Shown in pieces: positions 13,896-27,352 of a stretch of DNA of 64,000 nt. Within the stretch, counting starts at the first letter, position 1. The number at the start of each line of letters is the position of its first letter. The stretch is from Lama glama (lineage: Eukaryota). Under the pieces are notes generated by a model that saw only the letters and a program-made list of their open reading frames with translations, had not been told where the DNA came from and ran no database searches. A program made the position numbers and the translations under genes. The stretch spans positions 1,612,001 to 1,676,000 of the forward strand of contig CM052843.1 of assembly GCA_028534125.1 (NCBI GenBank), written 5' to 3'.

Positions 13896-14379
13896 ATTTT
13901 ATCCTTTCCACTACTCTAAACATTCACTCCCTGAAGAGCTAAAGGGGTGGAGATCTATGTATTTGAAACCTTTGTTTACTAGGGTTTCAATATTACTCAA
14001 TAGGATAGCAATATTAATCAGTCCAGAAGATCTCAGTCTAACTAGCACATTCTCCACTTTTCATTCTCTATTCAGATCTCATGCTCATGGCTTCTTACCT
14101 TGAACTCAAATTTTGCACAACTTCTTCCCTTATGGTTGTTATAAAAGAGAGCAAGCTCAAATTATTAAGTAAATACATTTTTATTTGTATTTAGACTCAA
14201 GGTAATTACCTAGAAGATTTTTTTCCCCCATTTTTAAGGTTGACTATGCCTTCCTGTAATACCTCTTGACACTAATTCTGCGGCTGTGACCAGGGAAACG
14301 TGGATACGTGGTGTCTACCATGTGTCAGTTGTGCTATGTAAATTCATTAATTGTCCAAAACAAATACCTCTTTGCTTCA

Positions 14380-14515
14380 TTTATTATTATTTATATGTGA
14401 GGAAACCAACATCAGCTAATTTAGGTAAACTTACTCATGTCATAAAAGTGGTAATATTATATATCATATCTAAAGTTTAAAACTAGGGCATTCTTGCATC
14501 ACTGAATGTGCTCTG
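14380..14515 (-). mobile_element. MIR fragment
   Basis: ttatatgtgaggaaacca...ttaggtaaacttactcatgtcata (MIR core, antisense). Confidence 0.5.
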
Positions 14516-16164
14516 ATACACACTTCTCCACTCTCCTCCAAAGAGAAAGAATTGATACAGTTTTTCCTACATTGTAGCATTCGGGTAACTGACAGTCTGT
14601 CATGCAAGGCTAAATTTTTCATTTTGTCCTTCTAGGTAAACCTTAGACTTTCTCAGAATGTAGCTTCCTAAGCCATCATCCTCCCAATTTTCACTTGTAA
14701 CCCTCTTAATTCAATAATTTTCTTATTTTCCTCTTTTTTTTTTAGCCCCTGAAAGTAATGATAATAATCTGACTGATACTTGGCCCATGCAAAATTTAGT
14801 GAAATGATTTCTTCTTGCTTTTGGTAGCATTTTAAGCAATGGCATGAGTTTTTAACGTATAGTAAAATTACAGTAAAGAATCACTGCATTCACCTTCCTT
14901 CAAATTGATTCTACATTAGTTGTTGTCAAGTCCCACCTCCTGGGTACTCTTTATTCTCTTCTTAGAAAATGCAATTTTAAGGTTGATGTAAGATTCTACT
15001 TTTAACACTGTTGCGTTTTATTTTACTGATTGCATACAGCTCCGCTTTTAGCCCGTTAGAATGGTTTTGACTCAATTCTGTTGGTGTATTAATTCTCTAC
15101 ACCCACTCTTGCTCGCTGTTGAAATCTACAACTGCCATTCAAACAAATACTTCCACTAGAGTCAGTGTATTCATTCACATTTATTAAACTCCCAATCTAC
15201 TACAAGAGAAAAAAGCAATCAAGTAATACATTCCAGCTCCCTGATTTCTTTATCAGAATGTCTCAAAAAAATGGTAATTTAGATGAGAACTCTCAGTAAG
15301 TGTAGCAACTACAAGGTTGTAACATCAAAAATACTCACAAAAGAAAATAAAAGTACACAAATGTTTCTCCAACCAACTGACATTTCATAAATGGCAAAAA
15401 AAAAACCCTTAAATTATTGAGTAACATGAATTTACAGGATCAAAGTTTGACAGATTTATCACCAAGATTCCAGGCTACTTCTTTTCAAATACTCTCATTC
15501 TCTTAACTTCTGCTGGTGAGATGTCTTACCTTTAACAAATGTATTCAGTAAACTTCAATTGTACTTCTGTATGTGGAGTGTATTACTATAAAATTTGGCC
15601 TGCAGACCTGATAAATATGAAAATGGAAGCTTCTGAACTTTTATATGATACCCAGTAACTTCATAGTCATTAGTTTTGACTAAAAATTAAAGATGAGGAC
15701 ACTTCCAGGTGTTGGTTCCCGGTGTATAAATATAAGAAGTGCGTTCCCCTGTTTTGAAGGTCTGTTTAATTCTAGATCAGTGCCATTATTCAGCTATGAT
15801 CATCTAATGTACTGTTATTTGGCAGGTCCTCAACATTTCTTCATCCAACTTGTTGAGTAATCACACTGGATTTCATTAGCGTGATCAAGTACCAGCTCCC
15901 TGCAGAAAAGTTTGGATCCACATACACCTGTTTCACTTGGCAGGTTGCTCTGATTGCTGAGCTGCCTTTCAGAACTAAAAGCAACAGCAGATTTTTATGT
16001 GATTGAACAGAATGAAGTGACCTGAAGTGATGGCCTCTCCTGGCTGGAATCTTTAGAGAGACGTCAGAGTTTTTTGCTGTTGTTGATTTCAGGAGTGATA
16101 CTCACAAGCTGTGATGTTTAACCAAGGAGTATTTGTTAAAAGACGAAACTCTTTAGAGGATCCA

Positions 16165-16380
16165 GTCTTAGAAAAATCACTAAGCTCTAAAGCTAGACCA
16201 AAATTTAAATCCTGCCTTCGCCAGGACTGGGGCTTGTCATTTTATCTCTGCGCCTCAGTATCCCTGCCTGAAAAGTACAGGTAGAATTCTACCTGACAGA
16301 GTGTTTATGAGGATTAAAAGATGTAATTTACTAAGATTTTAACACCATGATTCTTTCATAATAAGGATCACTAATATAGG
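16165..16380 (+). mobile_element. MIR SINE
   Basis: tttaaatcctgccttcgcca ... atctctgcgcctcagtatccctgcctgaaaag ... tttatgaggattaaaagatgtaa. Confidence 0.75.
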
Positions 16381-17566
16381 GGGGGAACCTCATTAATGAT
16401 TATTAACTCAAAAGTAGGCATACTATTCAAAATTTGATAGCTCCTAAATATAGTTTTTAAGTGATTATAACAGTACCACCTTTCTCCTTAGTTTCTTGAA
16501 TTTTATCTGAAAGCAAGAATTAAAATGAAATCACAAAGAAACTTGACATGAATGAAGGAGCTGTAGACAGAAAGAAAAAAACTGAATTTGTACCCAACCA
16601 AAGAGACATAAATTTAGAGAATAGTCCTATGAAAAACACACTTATTTGTAGTTTAATTATCATAACGTTGCAAAGTTATTATCTGCATCCATAATGTTGT
16701 GGGACATAAACTGTATGTGTTGCTGGCCATTTGAGCCTTCCATATACTAACTCCTCCCCCATGGAATATATGTTCGTTGGAGATATTAAGACAGAATTAT
16801 AGACTTATTTATGTTATTAATCCTTTACTGTGAAAGAATTGATAGTGGCTTTAGAAGTTCTATAAAATATGACTAGGTGATAAAAATTTACCATAAGCTG
16901 AGTAAACCAGAAAGTTGAAGAGTGAGGACATGAGCCAGAGCTGAGTATGAAAACAGCACAAAATCAGCAAAATTCCTGTTTACCTATTAAAATTCCTAGA
17001 AGACAAAGGAAATCATCTCTAGTGTCATGATTTATGACGTCTGATGATTTCTGTTCCAAATGGGAAAAGCAAACGTGTTTTTTGGGAAGGATAGAATTCC
17101 TGATACTAAGATGATTAGAAGTTTCCCTTGAGGGGTTCCATGAAGAAGCCACCTTATTACATATCATGGGGTTTCCTTGGTGGCCATCTAAGGGCAAACA
17201 GGGCTGCCACTGCAGCATCTCTCAATATAAGGTGATATTCTCACACTAATGTATAAATTCTGTGCCAGCAATCCTATAAGCAAGCGATAAGATAAAGTTC
17301 TGTTTGCAGTCTAGAGGGGCAGAGGTGTCCAGCATGGTCTTTCAACAACCGTGTGCAAATCACATTTCCCTCTCTGGGCTGAGCTTTCCTAGGCATTTGA
17401 GGGCACGGTTCCTGGAGCCCAGCAGTCAGATCCATGACAACAGGCAGCTGAGCTGGAAAGAGTGTTTTTCTTCCTCCAAAAACTGAGTGACCTGAAATTA
17501 ATCTTTTAAGTAGCCTCTTTCCTTAAATTTTGCTACGTATACACTTGCACAAATAAGTGGTTCCTA

Positions 17567-17582
17567 TGTGTGTGTGTGTGTG
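17567..17582 (+). repeat. (TG)8 microsatellite adjoining the terminal-exon acceptor tract
   Basis: Read directly. Confidence 0.9.
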
Positions 17583-17598
17583 TTTCCTCCCNNNNNNN

Positions 17599-17933
17599 NN
17601 NNNNNNNNNNNNNNNNNNNNNNNNNNNNNNNNNNNNNNNNNNNNNNNNNNNNNNNNNNNNNNNNNNNNNNNNNNNNNNNNNNNNNNNNNNNNNNNNNNNN
17701 NNNNNNNNNNNNNNNNNNNNNNNNNNNNNNNAGGACACAGCCCGCCAGATGATGTAGACATTGTCATCAAACTGGACAACACAGCCAGCACTGTGAAAGC
17801 CATAGCCATCGTCATCCCCTGCATCCTGGCCTTATGCCTNNNNNNNNNNNNNNNNNNNNNNNNNNNNNNNNNNNNNNNNNNNNNNNNNNNNNNNNNNNNN
17901 NNNNNNNNNNNNNNNNNNNNNNNNNNNNNNNNN
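17599..17933 (+). CDS. MMP16: MMP16 terminal coding exon (probably exon 10): last hemopexin blade, linker, TM helix, cytoplasmic tail. Both boundaries lie in N-runs and are inferred
   Basis: Visible 17733-17837 encodes GHSPPDDVDIVIKLDNTASTVKAIAIVIPCILALC. Start and stop were extrapolated from the recalled human protein (44 codons + 2 nt upstream; 31 codons + stop downstream). The inferred start falls 7 nt after the visible pyrimidine tract ending at 17591. Confidence 0.85.
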
Positions 17934-19145
17934 NNNNNNNNNNNNNNNNNNNNNNNNNNNNNNNNNNNNNNNNNNNNNNNNNNNNNNNNNNNNNNNNNNN
18001 NNNNNNNNNNNNNNNNNNNNTAGGAGCAGGCTTGGGGCAGCCTGCTCTGGGGCCGCCCTTTCAAAGCCAGAGGGTCGCTGGTCCTGCACATGAGTGGAAA
18101 TGCACTCGTGGGAAGCTTCCATGATGCACAGTCTGCTGTCCCTCAGTCCTTTGTCTTTCCTTGTCATTCAGTTCTAGGCCTTTCCTCTGCACGCTCAATG
18201 CCCAGTAAATGTCAGGATTAACTAAAGAAGAGGAAAAAGAAGACAAGGTTCTTCTTAAAGGTTTCTAATTCTATGTTCTTTTTTTTTTTTTTCTGAAGTC
18301 TGAGCCCATTTCTGAGGGGAAAAAACAAAATGGAAAAACCCACGAATTTTTGCTTTAAAGCAAAGAAAATTAAAAAAAAAAAAGAGGTTAAACAAAACAC
18401 CCACAATTGAACTTTCAGGAAAGTGTGAAGACCCAAAACAGCTTTGTCTCCAAAGAAGATAGCTCTCTGACGGCTATGGATGGCCTCCTATGCTTCGCTT
18501 CTGTCAGGTGGGAGACCTGGAATACACATGTAGGACTTCAGACTGTTGGCACAGCCATTTCCAACCAACAAGGGGCCAAAATATCTGCAATATAGTAACA
18601 GCCTTAATAACACATCAAATTTTCGTTTTATACAGCTGGTTCTCAGCTATGTCCTGAATGTTTCATCACATTTATATTCACAGCCGTATTCAGGCAGGAC
18701 CTTTGAATTGTTTTGAAGTGTTTCTAAACCCCTTCTGGCCACTTTCCCCTGCATCATTGTGATGACGCCCCAGATCACATTAGGCCATCACCCCAGGCCC
18801 TCCCTGGGTCTGTCAGGGATACCCGTTACAAGTGGAGCAAGAAGCAGTGTGTCTTGAAAGTGGTTTAAAGTGACAGTTACTTTATCAGGATATGTGGCAC
18901 TAGTAATACATTGGTGTAACCCTTTGAGAACTATCAACCAGCTTTCAGAGTCTTAGGCTCCTCAGTCTTGCTAATCTGGTAAATTACAGAACTGGGCACT
19001 GGTGAAATCAGACACAGGTCCAAGAAGTCCAGGTTTTTAAAACAGATGTCCCATAACCCCGTGTACTTTTTAAGTGACTTACAGGACGACATAAATGCAT
19101 TTATAACAAACAGAAATGATGTTACTTGCCAAAAATTTTCTGGCA

Positions 19146-19151
19146 AATAAA
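19146..19151 (+). terminator. Candidate proximal polyadenylation signal
   Basis: AATAAA followed by a U-rich region and a (GTT)n tract at ~19221-19242. Confidence 0.35.
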
Positions 19152-22100
19152 AAGGTATTTTATTAAATATCTTGTAAGAGTGAAATTTTCTTTGAACAAC
19201 TGATGATAACAGCCTGTCCTTTTTGTTGTTGTTGTTGTTGTTGGAGACATTGAATTTCTGTTTTAAAATCCATTGCATGAACATTCAGTCCGCCATGGTA
19301 CATGCAGTTAGCACTGCCATCTTAAGAAAATGAATTCCAATGATGACTCTGAGGTTGCATGAGTGTCTTCCAGTGTATGAGCTATTACTGCATGTCAACC
19401 ATAGTTCTCAAAGGGTTAGTGTGGCTTCTGGCACTTAGCCATCCATTTGATCACTGACAGAGCCGAGAGACCACCAAAGCATTTCNNNNNNNNNNNNNNN
19501 NNNNNNNNNNNNNNNNNNNNNNNNNNNNNNNNNNNNNNNNNNNNNNNNNNNNNNNNNNNNNNNNNNNNNNNNNNNNNNNNNNNNNNNNNNNNNNNNNNNN
19601 NNNNNNNNNNNNNNNNNNNNNNNNNNNNNNNNNNNNNNNNNNNNNNNNNNNNNNNNNNNNNNNNNNNNNNNNNNNNNNNNNNNNNNNNNNNNNNNNNNNN
19701 NNNNNNNNNNNNNNNNNNNNNNNNNNNNNNNNNNNNNNNNNNNNNNNNNNNNNNNNNNNNNNNNNNNNNNNNNNNNNNNNNNNNNNNNNNNNNNATTANN
19801 NNNNNNNNNNNNNNNNNNNNNNNNNNNNNNNNNNNNNNNNNNNNNNNNNNNNNNNNNNNNNNNNNNNNNNNNNNNNNNNNNNNNNNNNNNNNNNNNNNNN
19901 NNNNNNNNNNNNNNNNNNNNNNNNNNNNNNNNNNNNNNTCTCTGAAAACCTAGTCAGCATGAGCTGTTTCCTTAGAGTGGAGGGGGAATGGTGGTGTTGG
20001 TGGATCCTCAGATGAACACTTCGCTCTTTTCATGCACACTTTAAAAATGCCCTCTTGTTAGAACTGACTTTTAATTCCCCTTTAATATAATTTCAAGTCT
20101 AAATTCATCATTTTAGTACAAATATAAAACCATAGGGGGAAAAAAAAGAAAACCTCAAAATACTTGAATGGCCAGTGTGGCTTTTATATAAAGCTGGAAT
20201 TTTATACTAGTGAAAATTTCTTACTCGTTTGCTAATAATACACATTTCCAGATGATTTTTAATGAGTGTAGGTGTACATTCTTATTTGGAAATGGATAGT
20301 CTGGCTGCCTTGAATTTGTATTTATACTCAACAAAGCATGAAAATTAGAATGCCTTTCGGTAAAACTACATGTTTATGATTTGGTTGGGGACAATATTTT
20401 GTAATGATGGATGGCATGTTGCAAAGCCTTTCAGGTTGTTATTTCTTATAACCAGAACATATATAATGGAAGGCTAAGAACGAACAGGTGAAAAACAGGA
20501 ATGACTTTACAACAAACCGTTACGCAATGCAGACTGTATTTTGACAGGATGATGGAGACGATGTATGTGAGGGCCAAGAAAGCAAGGGGTGAGGACCAGG
20601 ATCAGCCCTGTAGCTTTACTTCAGTGCTTCCATTCGAGACGATGCTAGTGTTATAAAGAGTTAGTCACTTCTACTGAGCATGGAGGACCATATAATTAAG
20701 ATCATTTAAACAATGTTTGCTTGTGGGAAGTTTTAATCTTTTTAGGACCTTGATGCCAAGGGGGGTGGGAAATGACTGGTAATCGTATTCTGCTAAATAT
20801 TGAAATGAGGATATATGCCTTTTTGGGGACACGTGCAAATCATGGTGGAATTCTATCCACCTGCATTGAAAATTGATTTTTTTTCCCTCTAAAATGAGAA
20901 AGAAACTAAAGAAGCAATCTTTTGCCTCTTAACTCATTTGTCACAATATCCTGATTCATCATAAGACTATGGGTATATAAGGGCTAGGAAATAACCATAT
21001 GCATTATGAAAGGAAAGACTCTGTCATTATGCTTGAATTCTGAAAGGGTCATGGATGAGGGTTGGGCTATATTTACTTGAATATGAAATGAGATTTATGT
21101 GGTAAGAAAAGACATGTGTATGGCTTCTCTCTTTACTAGAACATCTAAAATTTCAGGTTGTGAGACTGCAAGGTAAGAAGACATTAAGTACAAATATTGG
21201 GATTCTATTTGCGTATTGTACACCAGGCACTTTGTAAGTATGGTTGCTGACTTTTCTTCCACTTGGAATTGGGGGAAAATATGTCAGTCGTAATGGAATA
21301 GTGAAAGGGAGAGTGACTAACTGGCCTGGCGCATAAGAATAGTGATTCAAAAACAATGTGAATAATAAATAAAATAATATAATGCACCAGTTCAGTATTA
21401 ATATCACACAACCTATCAAATATTTTTCATCATCCCATCACTGACAGCATGGAAAGTTCAGACCTAGAGTTTCAGAAGTTGAAATGAAAACACATTCACA
21501 ATCACAAAAAATAATTCTTCTTGTGTTTCATTATTTCTCATTACTTTAATATACACCCAAATGTAAACAAGGGAATGTTTTTAACATAAATTAACTATAT
21601 AGTTTATAATTTTAGCCAAATATTATTGTTCTATATATTATTAACTAGACTGAATGAAGTATTAAAATAGCCCATCAGTCTGTATTCTCTATAAATCCAC
21701 ATTAGGCCGGTAGAGGAGGTTGTGAACTTAACCATTGACCTGTTTCAGAACAAAGTGTCTGCAACATGACATTTGAAACAGGTTAAATACAGATGATCTT
21801 TACAACTGCAAAGGTAACACGGATAAATTAAAGAAACATTATATGATCCTAGCAAAGAAAACTTCTGTTATAAATCAGAGGGCAAGGCTTTTCTGAGTCA
21901 GATCTAATAAATTACTAAGTAATAATTTACAAAAATAATTACTAAGTAATAAAGGATAGAGACTGATTTACTAAAACAAGCAAATGTTACTTTTACTATT
22001 CAGGTTGCTTGTAATCGTTTCCTATTGACACATAATTTGTCTGTTTCATATACTATATACTTGTTTTCATTCACTTTCTGTGGGTAATTAAAGAAACACA

Positions 22101-23193
22101 ATGTGGCAGACAAGAACACTGCCCAGTTTCACTGGTAGTTCCACTACACGGATGAAGCATATATCCTGGATCCTAGGGATTGTAATATAATACTTCCAAG
22201 TGCTATGTCTTAGGCTGGTATCTCTAGGATGCTGCAAATGCACACCCACCCTTTGTGGCTCTTACAGCAGAATAACCAATGTGTCCAGATTGACTAAACT
22301 CAATGTGCTACCTGAAAAGGAATAGATGTTATGATCAAACAGACTGAATTAACACAAGAGTCATGAAAAAAATTTTTGTTCTTTTAAGTTTTGGAATTCT
22401 TTCCAGGAACTAATAAAGGCAGTGATGGACTGACAGCACTGAGTCTGTGAGATTGTAGCAGAAACCGAAACAGCCTTGTGGATGGTGGTAAAATCTTTTC
22501 CAGCAAGTAGAGCAGAGAGTTCATTTCATTTTTGATGCTCTCAAGAACGCATTCTGAAATGTCACAGATGTCAACCAGAAGGTGCATCTAAACCAAAAAT
22601 GTTAAATTCAGATGAGCTATTACAAATAGCTGTGCGTACAGTCTTATGCTATCACAAAAGATTTCATGTCCATAATACTAGAGAATCTAACCATTCTGTT
22701 GCATCTCATGTACGTTCCTGGCTGATTTATTGTGACTGCAGGTTATAACTGCCAGGGCATGTGTATCTATGTTATAGATTCTGTGTTGCCTAGTAGGGTA
22801 CCATAATGACACCATAAAAGTCGTATTTAAAAATTAAAACTTCAAATAATAAAGAATGCAGCAGCAGGCATAGCACCACACCATAAAGAGGAAAACTAAA
22901 TGTTGTATTTCTTGTTATGGAAATGAAGGAAAAGGAAAAATGAGTCTTTTGTAAAATATAAAAATATACTATAGCATTCCTTAATACAACTGGAAATTTT
23001 CCTTTAGCAAGTATGAAAATTGTAGAAAAAATTCAACTTCAAACTCTTCACGCTAGTGATGAGTATGTGATGCATCATTGTATATAATTAGTGGTCGTTA
23101 GCTGTTACCCTGCGTAAACACATCTGATATTCATGCACTGCCTTCTAGGCTGAAAGTGTCGAAGTTAGATGCTCAGTAACCTCGACTGGAAAG

Positions 23194-23264
23194 ATATATA
23201 TATATATATACATATATATATGATATATATATAACAGTTTATATATATATGTTGTATATATATA
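23194..23264. repeat. Imperfect (TA)n microsatellite in the 3' UTR
   Basis: Read directly. Confidence 0.9.
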
Positions 23265-26200
23265 ATGTTAGAATCTCCTGAGAAAAGCCATTTCCCTAGG
23301 ATAGAAATTTACCTCAATAATCATATAACACAAAACACTTGGCAGAATAGCAAAGAAGTTGCCTTAGCGTTCTGGTCTCATCTGGTCATAACCTTTGCCT
23401 TCGATTACTACTCAAATCATTTTTCACTTGTTTCCTTTGGTGTAATTTTTGAAATGATTATGATATAGTTCAAGTAAGATTAATAACATCTGATTGCAAA
23501 TATCTCTTTCAACATTTCATACATGTATCTACTTTGACATTTAAACCAATAGTATATAAAGCCTAAGAATGAACACTGATCTGACAAACGCACAGAAATT
23601 GAGTGAAAAGCAGATGTGAATTGTAAAATTTCTGTCAATTTTCTGGTAGAATACTGAGGCGTCAGCCTTCAATTTTTAAACACAGTTGTGAGCTTATAAC
23701 TGGATAACATGCATCATGTTTTACACCAATGCGAATTCTTTATGCTAAGTAAGGGTATAAGATCCTGAGTGCTGTAGTTCAGCACGTCACAGGTACTTGT
23801 AACTAAAGCTCTTTAAGGAAAATGAGGACATAACCAGTAATTCATGGCCAGCGCATAATAAGTATAAAAAGTTATGTGTGGAAGCTAGTTCTGAAGATTT
23901 CTGAAAATTCTATGCCTTTTCTCTTTAAGGAGCAGCGTGTCTTAAAAGGCATCTTCCTAACATTGGACGGGGAATAACGTTCAAGTTTGCACTCAAGTCC
24001 TTACTTTCCATAGCCCACTGGACAGAGCAGGACAAAGACGTCAAACTGGAACGTTGTGCTGATTCGCATCACTTTGCCACATGCTCTGCTACAGAGCTGT
24101 TTATAATGCCCTTTAAGAAGGGAGAAGAAAATCAATTAAATATAAATATGAAAATATGATAATCATGTCATGTTAGGCCACTGAGCTTCAGAGCAAGAGG
24201 TCATTCACCCTTATTTCGTATAGAAAAACCAGGAGAGACTAGTAAACATGCAAAAAATGACTAACTTTTTGACTTAGAGATGTTTCTTGCATATCTCACC
24301 CACTTGTTTTTTATCTGTGAACAGATGTCACTCACAACCCAGACATTTCTGTCGCACTTGGTCTGTAGCTAGGTTGGCTCCCAGATTAAATACTCTTTGA
24401 CACAGGCCTTTTCTATACATGCCTCATAGATGGTGACGCTTCGGTGAGAAGTGACTGCACAGCAGGAAGCTGCTTCCTAGGACAGGATCTGGTCCTGCTT
24501 GTAACTTGCCACCTTTTATACGAATGTATGTTTCTACATTGGCCTGTCTTGCCGAGATGTAGATGAATAAAGCTTGGTATGAGCTGTCCATCTGAAAGGT
24601 CACCAGAATGCATGGTTCATTTGCTCGTATGTAATGCCAGTTAGAACTTGTCCCCTCTCTCTACATCGACAACCCCGTTGCAAAGGCAAAACATACTTTC
24701 CTTGAATGACGGATTCAGTCCTTAAATCAATGTCACAGTTTTTGCTACCACTGAAATAACGCCCCAGAGGCCACGTTATTAGCTGTCTTCTTCTCACAGC
24801 TCTTCAGTATGTAACATTGCCTGGGTAAAACTAGGTTTTTAGTTCTTTCTGTCACTTACTCCTTTTGTCTCTGACATGGAGTCCATTATTCCTTTATATA
24901 TTAAAAAATAGAACATTTCACAATTTAGTTACTTCCAAACAAACATGATTTCCAAACGAGCATGTGTGTGCCTGTTTTTCTGTTTGTTTTTTGTGTTTTT
25001 TCTATCCCTCAAGTTCTGAAATTATTTGTTTGCTTTCTGTTTGTCACCCCAAACTGCAGGTGGTTGGGAGGGGTGTATTATTTTGTGTTCTTTCATGCAG
25101 TCCGTGCTTATATTTGCTTTCCTGTAGATTTCTGTATATTTCTACCTTGCCCTCTCTCTCTCTTTTTTTTCAAACAGAATTGATTTTCCTTTCCTTTTGT
25201 GTGAACCAGAATTGAACAACATCTGGTTTTTTTTGTTTGTCTGTTTATTTTTCCTTCGCAAGTTTCTTGCACAGACTTTGGCCCTGTAAATTTCACAGAC
25301 CTCCCAATCTCTTGCGTTGGATTCTAACTTTGCTGGAGCTATTCCCCTGAGAAAAGTGAAATGCTGAGGGTGAAGGCAGTTGTCTGTTGATAAGACAGCT
25401 AAGGGAGTTTGCTTTCGGTGAACGTATCTTGAGTAATTACATAGGAAAGTAGATACCAGAATACAGTGTTCCATTTAAGGCACATCACGGGTGCATAAAA
25501 GCCTAAAACCTCAGTTCTTCGGTCTATTTCCCTTTATGTGTAAATTACATATATGTTCAAAAGAGTGAGAATGAGAGAATTGGGGGTATTATAGTGGCAG
25601 CTTTTTGCTGCATTGATTTTGACTGCATCAGCGTTTCCATTGTGAACCTCTATTTTCAGGGGTTTTAGAGATTCACCCATAAAAATTTGCTTCAGGCTTA
25701 GAAGTCTTGAAAGATTTTTTTTTTGTTTAGGTACATAATTTTAAACCAATATAGTTTGTTTTTATATTATAGGAGGGAAGTAAATGGCGTTTACTAGTTC
25801 AATTTTGTGCTTATGTAACTTTTAATAAACTTAATTTTTTAATAAAACATAAAATCTAATTAGTCCATAGTCTATTGATGGTTTTTAAAAGAATCAACTA
25901 TTGACATAGAATTGCCTGCTTTGTCAGTATAGAAACATATCTTCAAGATGTTTTAAAACTTGTAACCTATATTAACATTATCTTGATTCTAATAGTGGAT
26001 CGATATGATAATGAATGCAATTTATGCCATCCATATGAGCTATCTGGTAATATAGATTTGGAAATATGTAGTATATTTAGTAAATATATACATATATTTA
26101 CTAGATAGATTAAGGGACGTAAGCTCCCATAAATTTAGTTGGTCAAATAAATGCCATATATATTTTAAAAAGTGGCACAGAATTAGATGCAAGCAATTGC

Positions 26201-27330
26201 AAAGGAAAGTTATCTCTTGGGTGAAGAATACACATTTTATAGCTTCTTATAAAAATCATCTTTTTCTATATTGCAGTTATGGGAAATTGAAGGAATTTAA
26301 TGCAGACTTTATTTAAATAACATTAAATTGTGAAGCAGAGAGAAACACTAGGAAATTAAATATTTAGGCCGTTATCTTTTGGTTTTTGACAATACTTTTA
26401 TTAATTCCCCATGATGTTTTTGGTTATGGAGAGAGTATTAAAATCTTAACTTGAAATGTCTGGGTTGCTCACATTACACTCAACGCTGTTTCATTAAGTG
26501 TTTGATAACATGGAGTCTTCTGTGTGCAAGGAAAGAAACAAATAACACATTTATTTGCTGAATGAGTTTTAAGGTTTGCAAGTTGTTAGTGGGTTTTTTT
26601 TTTTTTTTGCCCACACAGGGTTCTACACATTTATACCATCTTAAATCTGGCATATCNNNNNNNNNNNNNNNNNNNNNNNNNNNNNNNNNNNNNNNNNNNN
26701 NNNNNNNNNNNNNNNNNNNNNNNNNNNNNNNNNNNNNNNNNNNNNNNNNNNNNNNNNNNNNNNNNNNNNNNNNNNNNNNNNNNNNNNNNNNNNNNNNNNN
26801 NNNNNNNNNNNNNNNNNNNNATGCATTGAATAGTGTTTATTATTCACCAGTTGTCTTTTATCAGTGAATCAAGGCCTCATAGCACATGTTAAATACGATG
26901 GTTGACTAGTCTATGTAACAGCTCACCAAGCTACTAGCTCTTTAATTCCTTATAATGTTGCGTCATTAAAGGTCGAGGGGTCACGATATTAATCTCATTG
27001 CTGTAGACCATTAACATGACTAGACTTTTCCACCAAGTACTTATGTTTACAATGCTATAACCCTTTGACTGCTGCGGCAACCTTTAACCACAAAAATGTC
27101 ACAAGCTAGAATCATCAGCATGGTTCCTGCCACGGCAATCATAGCGTTANNNNNNNNNNNNNNNNNNNNNNNNNNNNNNNNNNNNNNNNNNNNNNNNNNN
27201 NNNNNNNNNNNNNNNNNNNNNNNNNNNNNNNNNNNNNNNNNNNNNNNNNNNNNNNNNNNNNNNNNNNNNNNNNNNNNNNNNNNNNNNNNNNNNNNNNNTT
27301 CTGTATTTACCATCAATCCATTGTGTTGTA

Positions 27331-27352
27331 ATTAAAAAAAACTGTCAATAAA
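27331..27352 (+). terminator. Candidate distal polyadenylation signal (ATTAAA + AATAAA)
   Basis: ATTAAA at 27331-27336 and AATAAA at 27347-27352, upstream TGTA elements, and a U/GU-rich tract (ttgtgcttttcc) from ~27382. Confidence 0.65.

Noticed and set aside
17592-18020. MMP16 truncation or pseudogenisation
   Set aside because: The missing parts are N-masked, the visible codons are intact, and the gap length fits the expected exon.
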